From: Takakia lepidozioides
Lineage: Eukaryota > Plantae > Bryophyta
Assembly: GCA_030704615.1 (NCBI GenBank)
Contig: CM060732.1
Span: forward strand, 33,666,001-33,730,000
DNA length: 64,000 nucleotides
Reading direction: 5' to 3'
Shown: positions 1 to 13,222 of the stretch, one piece after another
Layout of the letters: every line of letters begins with the position of its first letter
How positions within the stretch are numbered: the first letter of the stretch is position 1
Translations under genes and position numbers: made by a program
Notes under the pieces: generated by a model
Database searches by the model: none
What the model saw: the letters and a program-made list of their open reading frames with translations, nothing else
What the model was told of the DNA's origin: nothing

Positions 1-1051
1 CCAGGGATTTTCCCTCACCAAAACTATGATTCCATTCTCTCATAAGTTCAGGATAGCCTTCAAATGGTCGATACCACTTCTGCGACCAACTATGCTTCCA
101 ATAACAACTCTGGTATAAGATGGATATCTCTCTATACCATCCTCTATTGACTAATTGCAATAAAAACATTTTTTTGTCACTACAACAAATCTTCTGAAAG
201 ATTATTATCGATAAATGATATGGTAATCCAGTAATCAACTCTGATACTGCTTTTATTCCTCATCAAAGCTTTTTGCCATGCAAATGATTTTAATTCACGG
301 TTGCACTCCTATCATTAATCCAATTGAAAACTCTCTCTTTCTTTCTTTCTTCGTTTCCTTAATCTGCTCCTGCTTGAGCTTTGGATATCCACCTATCAAT
401 ATTTCTCTTGGTAGACCAGAAACTAATTCTCATACCAAATTCTTATTTGTTTCATTTGTGCGCATTCTCACCATCTCATATAATTATGGTTCTTCAATGC
501 TTACACACAGAATAACATTCTCCTTCCATCACTCCATTCTTCACACATACACAAAGTGAATTGCACTTCCTTTGTCTTCTTCTATTCATTCATGAATCAT
601 AACACTGCTGCAAGAACACAATACTAAATCTACCATTGCAAAATGACTCTACCTCCTACTCACTCTACTCTCCTTACTCCGGTCACGGCTCTTTGGCTCA
701 TCTGACCCTGTCTGCTTCTCACAAACGCATTATATAGCAGAGTACTCCAACAACTATAATAACCGCTCAAACTCCTTCATCCATCCTTTACAATTATTCA
801 TCCATTTCTTCTATCATTCAGTCCAAGATAGACTATCGGCTGTATACAAGATATCGAAGAATACTGCTGTATCGCAGCAATATCGAAGGTATCGCAGGCT
901 ATTTCGATGAGAAAGATATTAAAAAGTTCTGAAAATTGTCATTGAGTCAGAAATTCCTATTATTCTACAATTGTTCCAGCAAACACCCCAACCCTACTTA
1001 TCACACTAGTTCTTATGCTCAATTGCATCTGCTACTCTCTATAATCCAACA
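1..1051 (-). mobile_element. Possible LTR / 5' end of a retroelement running off the left edge
   Basis: The minus strand starts TGTTGGA at 1051, close to where PPR-like sequence stops. The region is AT-rich, has a TATA-like CTATATAAT at ~730 and shows no recognisable ORF. The partner LTR and PBS are not seen. Confidence 0.3.
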
Positions 1052-1129
1052 GGCGTTCACCTTCTTGCCTCGATTGTCCCACCATTGACTGGGCTAGAAA
1101 AGTATTCATTCCACAGCTTTTCCTCGTCA

Positions 1130-2741
1130 TTTGCCCCTAAGTCTCCCAAGCCTCCATCCCGCGCCCTTGCTGTGCATATCCTGCAATCATCACACTCCAC
1201 AACACCACATGTCGTTCAGCCATACTGAGAACACTCCCTTTGCATCCTCAATGCACCCACATTTGGCAGACATGTCCACCAGGGCAGTGTTCAGAATGAT
1301 ATCAGGTGCAATTCCAGATTTGATGATGTCACCATGGATCTCTTTGCCCTTTTCCAGGGCTGCCAGGCTTGCACAAGCATTGCAAACACACACAAACGTG
1401 ATCTGGTTACACTTCACCCCTTCCCCCATCATAGGTCTCCAAGGCCTCCATCCCGCGCCCCTGCTGTGCATCTACTCCAAGCATGGCATTACATGACACC
1501 ATATCTTGTTCAGCCATACTGTCGAACACACCCTTTGCATCCTCGATGCACCCATATTTTGCATACATATCCACCAGGGTATTGTTCAGAATGACATCGG
1601 GTACAATCATAGGTCATAGGTCTTCAAAGCCTCCATACCATGTCCCTGCTATGCATACCATGCAAGCATCGCGTTCCACAACACCACAAAATGTTCAGCC
1701 ATAGTGTTGAAAACTCCCTTCGCATCCTTAATGCACCCATATTTGACATTCATGTCCACCAGGGCAGTGTTCAGAATGAAATCTGGTACAATTCCAGCTT
1801 TGATGATGTCACCATGGACCTTTTTTCCCTTTTCCAGAGCTCCCATGCTTGCACATGCATTGTAAACACAAACAAATGTGTTGGGCTTCACCCCTTTGCA
1901 CATCATTTGCTCATAGGTCTCCAAAGCATTCCTACCACACTCATGCTTGGTAAATCCTGCCAACATTATATTCCACGTGATCAAAGATCATTGAGGCATT
2001 CTGCATCCATGATGCTCCCGCACTTAAGGTGTTGAGTAGAAAAACATTTGGCGTGAATCCACTTTGGATAATGTGAGTGCGCACTGCTTTCCAGCTTCCA
2101 CTTCCATCGTGATGCACTTAAGAAGAGACAGACATACGTACCTGAATCTGCTGAAATGCCTCATTGGTCTAAAGTCTGTAGAGCATGCCTGCCGCAAAGC
2201 ATCTTCACATGCCTAGAAGTGCAGCCAGAAGAGGCAGTGTGGACTCCCTCTCTTGATCCTCTTTCAGAAGCTGTGGTCATGGTTGAGGTGCCTGGTTTTA
2301 TAAACTGTGCCGCTGCAGCTGCAACCCTTAGTTGACCATCTACCCATGCAGGTTTTTCTTGTAGCTATTGATCCACAGGGAATCGCATCTGGTACAATTC
2401 TAGCTTGCGATGCAACCATGCACCTCTTTGCCCTTTTCCAGGGCTGCCAGGCTTGCACACGCACTGCAAACGCACACAATCCTGATGTGGTCGGGCTTCA
2501 CCCTTCCCACATCATTTGCTCATAGGTCTCCAAAGCCTCCATCTCGTGCCACTGCTGTGCATACCCTGTAAGCATCGCATTCCACAACACCACATCTCGT
2601 TCAGCCAGAGTGTGGAATACTCCCTTCGCATCCTGAATGCACCCACATTTGGCAAACCTGTCAGTTTAGGATGACATCTGATACAATTCCAGCTTTGACG
2701 ATGTCAGCATGGACCTCTTTCCCCTTTTCCAGGGCTCCCAT
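1130..2741 (-). pseudogene. Degenerate PLS-class pentatricopeptide repeat (PPR) gene array, probably two fragments in tandem
   Basis: Repeated motifs CASLAALEKGKEIHGDIIKSG, ILNTALVDMYAKCGCIEDAKGVF and VVLWNAMLAGYAQQ are spread over several frames with stops and frameshifts. An N-terminal-like segment lies at ~2040-2300. No E/DYW domain is visible. Confidence 0.85.
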
Positions 2742-3912
2742 AGTTGTCGATTGTCAGCCACGTACACTGGCCAACGCCCTCTGGGTATTTTTCTCATGGT
2801 CTTGAACCATTTTTGTTTATCAGTCATATGTTCAGTTGCGCATCCATCAGCGAACCAAAACTCCTGATCGCGAATAGTTGAATCAATTGCAGCAAACGCT
2901 ACACTCTCACATTTGTCAAGAGTTACATTGGCATGACTTCTTGATCCAGATGTGATCCCCGCAACTTCATCACGTATGCGCTTTCGACATTCCTTTATCC
3001 AATGTCCTGGCATACCACAGTAGTTACATCTGCTGTTCTTCTTTTTCTCAGCCATAATGTCAATAGATGAGCGGTGGTTGCAACCATGAGGATCCCTTGA
3101 ACTTGATTGCATCGACCTCTTTAGTGCTGCGTTCTTACTGTTCTTCTTGATTTGTTTTCCATCCTTCATAAAGAATGGGTGACCTCCAGCCTGATCTCCT
3201 TCTTGCTCTACATCATACAGCTTTGCTCTTGCTTCCTCTTTTAACAGCCGCATTGTTAGATTATCGATTGTCTGACTGGCTTGTGGAACGTTGTCCCACG
3301 CTGCCAACACATATTTGTAGGACTGGGGCAAACTGCAGATGACCTTTGTCATTATTGCTGTCTCTGACGTTACTTCACCGAGATCGTTCAATTTAGCAGC
3401 TAATGACTCGATCTTGTTAATGTGATCAGCTATTTCATCACCTGCTTTCATTTTGTATTCAAAAAACTCTTGATACAGGACGTGTTTATTCTCTGACACG
3501 TTTTGTTCATGAGTGGCCAATAACCTCTGCCACATCTGATGTGCAGTAACACAATTAATCAGCCTCTGAAGGTGTCTCTGATCTACAGATGCACAAATGT
3601 ACATCTTCCCTACATTATTTCCTTCGTCCCAAACTGTTTGTGCATCAAGTAACTCATCGGCAGAAGCACCTGGGTTTGCTACCGCTGTTGGTCTAACTGC
3701 AGATCCATCAATTGATTGTCATCAATCGTTTTGCTTCAAACACAATCCTCATCTGGAATTTCCACAACTGAAAGTTCTCGCCATTGAACTTGGTTATGTG
3801 TGTGAAATCTCTTGTATCCACATTCCTAGCCATCCTGACTAACTTCTGTAGATTAAACAAAAACAAGAAAGCATAACAGCATCTTTGGCGTAGTGGTTTG
3901 AGTACCAAGATC

Positions 3913-3926
3913 GTGGGCCCATAACC
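3913..3926 (-). promoter_or_regulatory. Half-tRNA(iMet) primer-binding site GGTTATGGGCCCAC
   Basis: It is complementary to the anticodon-arm segment GTGGGCCCATAACC of plant initiator tRNA-Met, not to its 3' CCA end. It abuts the LTR. Confidence 0.9.
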
Positions 3927-4139
3927 TGTTGACAGAGTTTATAAATCTACACACATCTACAACGAGATTTCACAGCCAGAGTCCTACGGTCTGTATATTC
4001 AGACATGAGAGAGAGAGAGAGAGCACTAAGTAAGAGACAACAAGACAACTGTACTTGATTCTTGAAAAACAAGATACATAACAGTCAGGCTTCACGTCTA
4101 TCTGTATTCTGTATTCCGTCCAGTAACGAGCAGTCAATA
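3927..4139 (-). repeat. Short (~213 bp) Copia 5' LTR
   Basis: Termini are tgttgac (3927) and gtcaata (4139, one mismatch from gtcaaca). It lies directly next to the PBS. Confidence 0.7.
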
Positions 4140-5464
4140 TATTTGACCACCTGTCACTAATTTAAAATCAAACTCCTCATGATGAAGGTGTGTGGATGTA
4201 AATCGTTGTAATCCTACACTCGGACCTTTACCCAAAATCAATCCAGAAGAACCTTCCGTCCCAGCTGGCTTTACGGGAGCCCAATTCCTAGCCTTCCCTC
4301 TCCCGGAATTAAGCCAACTCGCTTCCCCCGGATCACCATTTCTCCTATGGATGCCATCACAATGCCAACGACAACAGAGAAAGCAGGAAGGGAACAAGGA
4401 GGACGAGAAAGCAAGAAGAGCTCCTCTTCCTCCAGACACTTCCTCGCTGGTCTCGTCACTTGTTTCCTCTAACAATGAACAGAGAAAGGGCGCCGCCTAA
4501 ACACGAATGCATTCATTTGGCCATCCAACCATCAAAATCCCCATTGTTTCCCCCCTCTCCCAAAGCCAGTCTAGCTGGCATTGCACTACCCCTCCCCAAC
4601 CTTTTTTTCCTTCCACCTTCGGCTAGCGTGCCAGCAATTTACCATTACCCCAGCACCAGGCGCTTCCCCGATCAAACTGCAGCTTGTCGGCCCCTCATGC
4701 AGGATTCCATCTGAGAGATTGGGAACCCTTGCTTGGTCATCCCGACTTTCTTCATCTACATTGCTGATATTGTCTCTTGGGTGTTCACATTCCCTCTGCT
4801 CCTGGATGAATCTCGAGCACTAACACCCCTAATCCTCTCTGACGCCTCTTCTCGACTTTGGTCAGCAAAGGCAAGTAAGTGCCCCCCAGCAGTAATAGCG
4901 CCGAAACTGGTTTGGCGGGAAATTTCCAAGTCCCTCATCCTCCTCACCGTCTTTCACGGAGCTCCCTTCCATCGCTCGAATCTCCACTTTCTATGTCATT
5001 TGAAGAAATTTTCAATGTATGTATTGCCACACAAGTTTGGAGGGGTAGTTACCTATACATGTCAAATATTTCAGGATAAGAAGCAAATTCAGGACCATCA
5101 AATCATCTGTGATGCGGATATGCCATAAGAGGATATGGTGACCATCGTCATTACATCCGTCAAAGGTGCACTTGTTATACTGTTTTGTTTCAACCTCATC
5201 TACACTGAAGGTGAAACTTTCCTGCTCAAGTGCAAACTAATTACAATCATCATTGATAACCTTTGGGAACACCCTCTGTAAATGAAGGATTTTGGCCAAT
5301 CCAACTGTGCTAACTTAGCCACAGCTTGTGCTGTCAAAAGCTCTATACAGGGGAGAGGGCCAAAGCCCAACTTGAAGGGCATATAGGAAGAGCATTGCTT
5401 GTCCTTCTTTCACTCCCTCCTCTGAATAATGGGTTTATTGGCATCGTGGGAGAAGATGTGATTG

Positions 5465-8400
5465 TCAACCTGTAATAAGCCCCACCATTTTCAAGGCCAT
5501 GCATGGACTATCAATTGGCACCTGCAGTAAATCAACTGATTCCCGGTCAGTTGGTTATATCCTCTCGAGGCAAATTGCCTTCTCAGTTTCTCTCCCTCCA
5601 CTTCCCTTCATCTTTCAGGCCTCACTACCTTACAGCACCACGGTGTACATGTATGCTTTCTGGCAAATACAAATCAGTGCTAGGACTGCAAATTACACAA
5701 CACCCAACTCACCCAAACTACCCACAACAAAGAATCTTCACCACATAAAAGCTCATTACAACGAACCTACCATAAAATTCCAGAACATACATGTGGGCAT
5801 CCTGAGCATACTGAAAGTCATTTAGAATGGGAGGAGAGAATACATAATGGCCGGAATCTAAGATCCAGTAAAAAGAGAAGTTCTTGTATGTTTTGACAAA
5901 GCCTCCGGTTGAAGTAGATCCACAGTAAAGGGGAGATCGATCCTGGCTTCTAAAGCCCTCCAGTCCAGGCCACCTGTTCCCAAAACAATACCTCAGGTTC
6001 ATGTTTTCAACATCCATGAATGTCCATCTCATATTTGTGCAAGAGAAGGAAGAAGAAATTAATGACAGAACAGGAGAACAAAAGAAAAAAGATGTATGAC
6101 GTCCACAGAGGGCCACAAGGGCCCATGGGACAGGATAGAACAAATCAAGAACTACATAGGACCTATAGGAAACAGTAGAACTACAAAAGAACCGAGATTT
6201 AACCATATCCTGCCATTGCTTGTACGTGGAGCACAGAGAGATGACTTGGAACTGTGCTTGCGGAGCATAACATAACCTTGCTGATGATCAAAGTAATCCA
6301 GATACATATTAATGTAAGACAAGGAAACATGTGGAACAATATTCACTCAGTACTTTAATTTTTGAACCCAGGCCTCGGTGCCCGGTGTGGAGCAGATCAG
6401 GTCCAGCTGCAACCATCAGGATTGAAAGTGAGAACTATCATCAAACTGTTTTACATGTGCCAAGCTAGTTCAAATTCGTCCTGAGAATGTGTTTGGACAT
6501 TTTCACACTTCATTTGAGGTAATACCATAGTGCAAAGAGCAAATATAGACAGACAAACAATTCACTCACCTGGCCAGAATAAATAGTCACCTTGACACCA
6601 AGTGACAACAATTCATCTACCTGTACATGGAAAACCTCAAATTTATCAGATTCTATATCTTCGAACACTGCGGCCAAGGTACCTTCCATCATAAATGCCA
6701 AACTTTGACCAGGTAAAACAGTAAAGAACAGGAAACAAACTGAGACTATGATGTTCAAAGCTATGGTCTGCTTACAAACTGAATGGTATCCTTCATGAAG
6801 TCACCCGCAAGTGCATTGAAGACAGGATCTGATGATATCACCCATCTGTATGAACACCAAGCATATTAGCCGTCTTTGAGGATCTGCTTTGAAAAGACAT
6901 ACAATACTGAACAGATGCACATACTGGCAAATGGAAGCGGGAATGCAGAGTTAAACCATAGCAGGTAAGAAGAGAGGCCACTAGAAATCTAGTTGGTAAG
7001 AGGTGAGGCATAGAAGCTGGGTCTTACTTTACGCTTGCTGGGATGATTCCAAGTTTTTTACGAACTACTGTATTCATAAGTTCTTGCAGAGTCAGGGGTA
7101 GTGTTGTGCTCTTCTGTCCACCGTCTTTATGTTCAGGGTAACTATGCAGGAGTACACCAGAAAATCCATGGAACGCTCCTGTTGATGAAGCAAATGCTGT
7201 TGATTGGACTGAAGCTGCTTCGTCGGCATATAGAATGTTGTAGAAATTCTGCACCCTCACACCACTATTGGGGTGAATTACAAAACTCATACTAAATTTA
7301 AGAAGAGAAAGAGGAGCGAGCTTTGTTCAGTAGCTGAAAACAGTGAGCTCTGTGAGCAAAAATCCAAGTCACAAGGGCAGAAGGGTGAAATAAGCAAGAG
7401 AGAAGCACATTGAGGTGATGCCATACCACATAATTACTCGACTGCCAAACAAGGTTGGACACGTTGATCCAAGAATTTGTAGCATCCTCAAATTGGCCCT
7501 CCCCAACCAAAGAAGCTGTTTTGTCAACAGCTCTGCCATCCTCAACCAGCAGAGGAGTAAAAGTAGATTCATTCAGACGTTTGTTAATGATTTCTACAAC
7601 CAAAACCTCTCTCTTCTTCCTCTCTCACACATTCCTCTGGTCCTACAGTTTCAGAGCACTCCACTCTGTGATGAGAAGGTTCATTGCCAATGCTGTAATC
7701 AACATCATGCTTTCCAGCAAGGTGTTGATATCCAGTCCTCACATTGACATCAATCCCCTAGAACCAGATTGTCATCCGGCACTATGGGACTTTGACCTGA
7801 GTTTCATGCCCTGATGGATTTACCATCCATGGTGGCCTGGGGTCTGCATCCACAGAGACCATGGCCTGAGCAAGGATACCGCATGACCAAAGTTCACAGA
7901 AAATGGTGACATTTACACATTTGTCTCACATAAATGGAAGCACTAAATTATTTGCATGGCGAAGAGAATTACTGGTTCACAATGGCAGCTTTCCCAAAAT
8001 CCAAACGCGAGTTGGCCTGTAGAAAGCTCCCCCATGACCACTGCAATCACACACTTGTGACTGAGACGCATGAAATCCATTCTTCTGCCTGTCCTCTCCT
8101 CCACCTCCCTCCTTTGTTCTACAGTGCGAGATTGCAAAAAAGCTTCATGCAGTGATATTTTGGGTCCTCGCGGTTGGGTTGATACAAACCCTTTGACAAG
8201 GCAATGCTAGAACATCAACTACTGCAAGGGATAAAACAAGGATACGGCAATAAGCAGCCTCTAAATGGAAAGGGTGATTGTTAAAAGCATTCTGCAGAAG
8301 TCATGGCTGTGAAGCAGAAATCAGCAAACTCTGCAAGCTTTGACCAAGTTACCATGGAATCAAGAGGAGAAATCCATGAGTCTCCAAGTGCCACTCCTGA

Positions 8401-10574
8401 CAAACAGAGACAAACACAGGCCCCCTATTATGAGAAGCAAGAAGTCCATAAACATTTTTCATTTGATCCTTGGTTATTCTCTCACTTGACAACCACAGTC
8501 CTGCTCCTTTGCCTTTTCCAAAATTCTGGAATGACACTTCTGTCTAAAATTGAATGAAGCACTTCTTCACCTATAAGCACCATTCATCATTGTGTATAAC
8601 CCCTTGCAAAACAATGTTTGATTTTGGCTTGTGTGCCTCATATTGGCAAGACTCTGTGTGGGGCAGGAGAGATACACATAAACCCGCAAGAGGGTTACCC
8701 ACAACAGAAGAACATACCTCCAAAGTTCAGGTCCAAAGTTTTGGCTGCAATAGCTTTGTGGATGACCACGCCAAACTCACTTGCGAACTTTCCCCCATAT
8801 GATTCCGAGAAGACAAAAAAAGGACGTTTCCTCAGGGCAGGATGCAACTGCAGAAACTGCTGGAGAAAGCTAAGAAGGTCATAAACGACTTGTGTGTTGT
8901 TGGTGGGTAACAAGGAGAGGTGATCGACATAGCTGAATCCTGGATTTGGCAGAAATTACACGTAAGGAGAGTGAAAATCTCTGGATAACCCCAAGAAAGT
9001 TGGAATGTCATCTCCACATTGACATGTGGATGATTGATCACAAAACATAAGGAAACAGTCCACATAATACAGATATAGGACAGCAAATCTGTTGGGAGGA
9101 TAGGCGACAGTAAGCAAGCAAGACAGAAACTATGTATTGTCCACAGGGGCTTCCCCAGGGACCAAGGGACAGATTACAGCAACAAACAGACCAATTGAAC
9201 AAATAGTTTATGTGCTATATGGGGCCTGAAATGCCTTTGTAGCTCCCCTAATACCACACTTGATGGATTTGTTTCTTCGATTTTTGGATCTGGGGTCTTC
9301 CTCCATTCAAAAGAGAAAAAGAGAGGAAAGTAAGCCGTCATCGCACATGTAAGAGAAATACATTGCATGACTTCATGGAACCAAGATGATCTACAACATA
9401 GTCATGTTCAAAAGTGCACCTGCGCCAACGGGATTTTCCTGCGCATGACCGAAAAAACAATGTTTGTATTTCTTCAGTCAACTCACTGTACAAGCTGGAG
9501 ATTCCTGTCATGTAGAACAGGGTTGCAAAGCAGGATTGTACAAATATGCGCTCTGATTGTAATTGATTCCCCAATCTGTGTTTGAAGCAAAGTACATGTT
9601 TGGCCAAATCCAATTCTTGAGGCATCTTCAAGCTGAAGAAGACCAATACAAACAAAAACATCTCATCTGGATTCCAATTAAGTTTGAGGAAATTGTGAGC
9701 TAACCACGAAGAGAAGGTCTGCCTTTTGGAGCCAGCTGGAATTGCGAGGCGTCAAGTTTGTCTCCAAGGGACCCACCTCGGAGAAATCACCAATGCCCAC
9801 ACCTGATGCCCCCTGCGCACCATGCACAACTTTCCCAAGTAGATTGATGGCACCAGCCTAGTTGTCAATGTGTAATACATCTCTCTTGGGCACTATAAGC
9901 CCTCCGGTGGATATAACAAATTTCTTTCTTTCACGCAGCTTATTCTACAATCAAGCGAGAAGGTAGTAGACAGACTTACCGGGCCACCCTGCAGCCACAT
10001 AAGCACTGGCACAGCTGTGGTATTTGTTACTTTGGTGGTGCTGTGATAGAGCCACCAGAACATGTGCGCTCCTGCGTTCACAAAACGGCATTAGACTAAA
10101 GAAGAATGTTTCTCTTCCCTTTACCGATTTGAGGCAAATTGATTTACATCAGGCCTTCTCTCTACCTTGGCTCCGCAAACCTTTTGACAGACATCTGCGT
10201 AGCAAAGATGCATGAATTCCTAATTCCGATGTATCAATTGTCAATTTCAGATGTTGTTCAGGTGCGAAACATCACAGTCACCAGCACCCCCTGCGGATAT
10301 CTCCCCTGGTCACCTCAGTAACTTGTGTGATAATTTCAGCCTGGAAACTGCTGTGAAAGGTAAGAAAGACTGAACAAAGCCTACCAGGTCGAACATCAAG
10401 GTAGCCCCAGTGTTCGGACCCGTCCTCTGTGCCTCCAATCACCGGTCCCGTCCTCACCTCAGGGAGAGCAGAGCACAACAGGAGTGCTACTGCTACAATT
10501 CGAAACCGCCCACCTCGCAACGTCATCCTTTCTGTCGCCATTTCGGCCTGTGGAGATTTCCACCAGGGTCGCAT
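5465..10574 (-). CDS. SCPL51: Serine carboxypeptidase-like protein (S10 family, SCPL51-like), 14 exons
   Basis: Exons: 10574-10385, 10071-9980, 9812-9705, 9438-9420, 8939-8718, 8396-8353, 8040-7973, 7532-7427, 7248-7028, 6845-6776, 6620-6570, 6406-6354, 5973-5844, 5521-5465, all GT-AG with consistent phase. Motifs: WLQGGPG, NPVGAGFSY, ESYGG (Ser), DLIC (Asp), SGHYVP (His). The start codon is uncertain (10574 or a slightly later ATG). Confidence 0.93.
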
Positions 10575-13086
10575 GGATTCAGATGCAGCCAACGACTGCA
10601 GATTTTGAGTTGCTATTTACGATGGAGTTCACATTGGTCACCAAATTTGGTGTCCGAGGGTGAGAGACATCGAGAGCCTGTCTACCGGAATTGGAATTGG
10701 AGTACAAATGCTAGAACCAATGCTGGCAATGTGAAGAGTCAAGTAGGTTCCGATAGAGGCGAAAAACGGCACTGTATGATGGCAGTAATTTTGGGATGTA
10801 TATGAGGTGTATGCGCTTCAGTATATGAGAGGAGCTGGAGGGGCAAAACTGGACCCAGTAGCTTGACTCTCAAGATCCTTTCAGAAGAGGGAGCGAGAGA
10901 ATATGGGATAGAGAATTACAATCTAAAAGAGCTGAAGGAAGGAGAGAGGGGAACGAGATGGGCAATGGAGGCCAATCTTATCGTCGCAATAATGGTGGGG
11001 CACAAAAATGGAATTGACATCGTGCTGTAACATCACGGTGAGGGAGAAACGCCCACTGAGAAGACAGGCACTGACATCTTCAAGGACTGTTGGACCAATA
11101 TTGTAATCTGACCTGAGCTCCCAGACCATACATCTGTGTGTGGAAGGTAGACAGTCAAGCAAGCCAGATAAACGGGGAAATGTTAAAGGTGGTAGTAATC
11201 GCCATGGTGGCAACCATCGATCAGCCTACAACAAGTCGGCCATGAGGACAGCCTGAAATTCGAATGTGTAACTGTCTTCGCCACAAGACTTCTTCTCAGG
11301 TTGCTAGATTTTATTAATGCGAGGGCCAAATTCTGGGCGCATTCAAGAGCCAGAGGACAGGTTCCCAGTGTCCAGAAATACCAAGAAGAAACCTGCAGAA
11401 TGAGCCAAGTAATAGCAGTGCCCCCCTTGTCAGTCTCCCTGTCTTACAGTCTAGATGGGCTTTCTATCGTTTGAAAAGTTTTTTTTCTCAAACTTTGATA
11501 CAAGATTTGGACTTGGGAACTGAATCGCAGTGGTATGATGAGGTGATGCGGTAAGAATGATGACTTGTTCAAAACCCCGCTCTTTACATGAATGTGATCG
11601 GAACTCGTACTTTGATGGGAAGCAAATCTGAGTACACGAACCCCAAACAAAATACGGTCAGGACTGAGGAGGGCGTGAAATCTTGATCAGCATCATTTTT
11701 ACTGCGCACACTCAATGAGGCACTCGTACATTAATGTGTATGTAACATACTCTGCAGTGCATACCTGGCCCGCAAATTATAGCAAAGTGGCCATATATGA
11801 TTGTGCGTGGCTTGTCCAAGGGTGTTGACTGGCGGCTGGTTGACTGACTAACCAGTATTTTACTATAAACATCGGTGGACCGTGGACGGTATGGAGTCCA
11901 TGATCTGTAGATACCAGAGGCAGTTGGGTGCTGAATTCAGACTAAAAATGGAGATGAACACCTGCCTCCAACTTTTATGCTGTCCACTGTCCACATGTTG
12001 GATTGCAAACCACACTGCGTTGTTGGGAGCCCAATGCAGTGCCACAAGTAGTCCTATCGAACCATCGAACTGAGCGCTTTTCTCAACGCTTTGTATCTTC
12101 CTCGATTCTCGTCGGATTTTCCTACAGTAACAGCAAAATTGTAGCTGGGAGCAAGGGCTCTTCAAAGGAACCTTCCTCAGGCTCATTGGTTGCCAATGGA
12201 AGAAAGCTGTGGCAATTTTCCGGGTCAAAATCGTGAGATGCGGGCAGATCGGCCCTTGCCCGCTGCCCGAATCTTGGGCAGCGGTGCTGACGGTCCGCAC
12301 GGCTGCAGTGAATGCAGGGTGGCAGGGCGGGTGCCCTGGGGTGACCCCATATTCAGTGGGGTGGACCATTGGATAAGCCCTGAGAAACAAAGGGGAAGAA
12401 ATTGGCCAAAATTGGGGCAGGAGGACTTGATTTTGACAACCCAGTTTTCCCAAACAACACACCCAATTGTTTCCCAAAACCACAAGGGTGGTAAACTGCA
12501 GTCTTTGGATGCCAAAATTATGAGAAGATGTAGTCAATTGGCTTAAGCCCGTTTGGGAAATCAGAAATACATTCTTCTTTGGAAGAAGTCTATAATCACC
12601 AATTGGTAGATGGGGAAGTGGAATATAAACAGAGTCTGCGAGGTCGACAAACTTTTGAGTTATGCTCACAACAAAGTTATAAGATTGTCCATCATGGGAT
12701 GGTTTCAGCGCATATTCCTCTTGTCGTTGGGTTGTGGGAGCATCTGGTTTAAATTACCTAAAAACCTGCATAGCTTTACAAAAAGACCCAAGTTTAAATG
12801 GTGCAGTGATGGCAACTGCTACCAGTTGTTTGTCAACAAGTTTTATCAACCAACAAATTACTCTAATTACTCATAGGCTAATTACTCATAGGACCCACAA
12901 ATGCCTAAGGTGGGTAAGGGATGTAAGTAGTGAATACAAATGTGAATGAGGGTAAGCACAAAAAAATTGTATCATTACACATGCCCAAGCCGCCTAGCTT
13001 GGGTTCATCAATCCTCAATACTGGTCTCAAGCCGAGTACGACAATAGTTTATACTTAGACTGGTATGGTAGGTAAGGGGGTAGGTC

Positions 13087-13222
13087 CAGTGTTCAAAACC
13101 CGGGGTCCAGGGTATAGCCAGGGTATACGCCCCAAGACATACCCAACTGGTATGTTCTACAATACCCGTACTCATACCAGTGCACATACCCGGGCCAACT
13201 GGCACATACCAGTGCAACATTG
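13087..13222. mobile_element. Possible short hAT-type MITE
   Basis: Termini are CAGTGTT...AACATTG, with internal repeated (G)GTAT/ATACC motifs. The 8-bp TSD is not convincing. Confidence 0.3.

Larger units (their letters stand above)
2738..4139 (-). mobile_element. Ty1/Copia remnant: 5' LTR, PBS, gag with zinc knuckle and protease start; 3' part deleted
   Basis: gag starts at ATG 3833 (KFNGENFQLWKFQM) and has two frameshifts. It contains a UBN2-type gag, the CCHC knuckle CNYCGMPGHWIKEC and the protease motif WFADGCATEHM. It is truncated at VYVADNRQLW. Confidence 0.9.

Noticed and set aside
4140-5130. Several overlapping short ORFs
   Set aside because: No recognisable motif or consistent splice structure.
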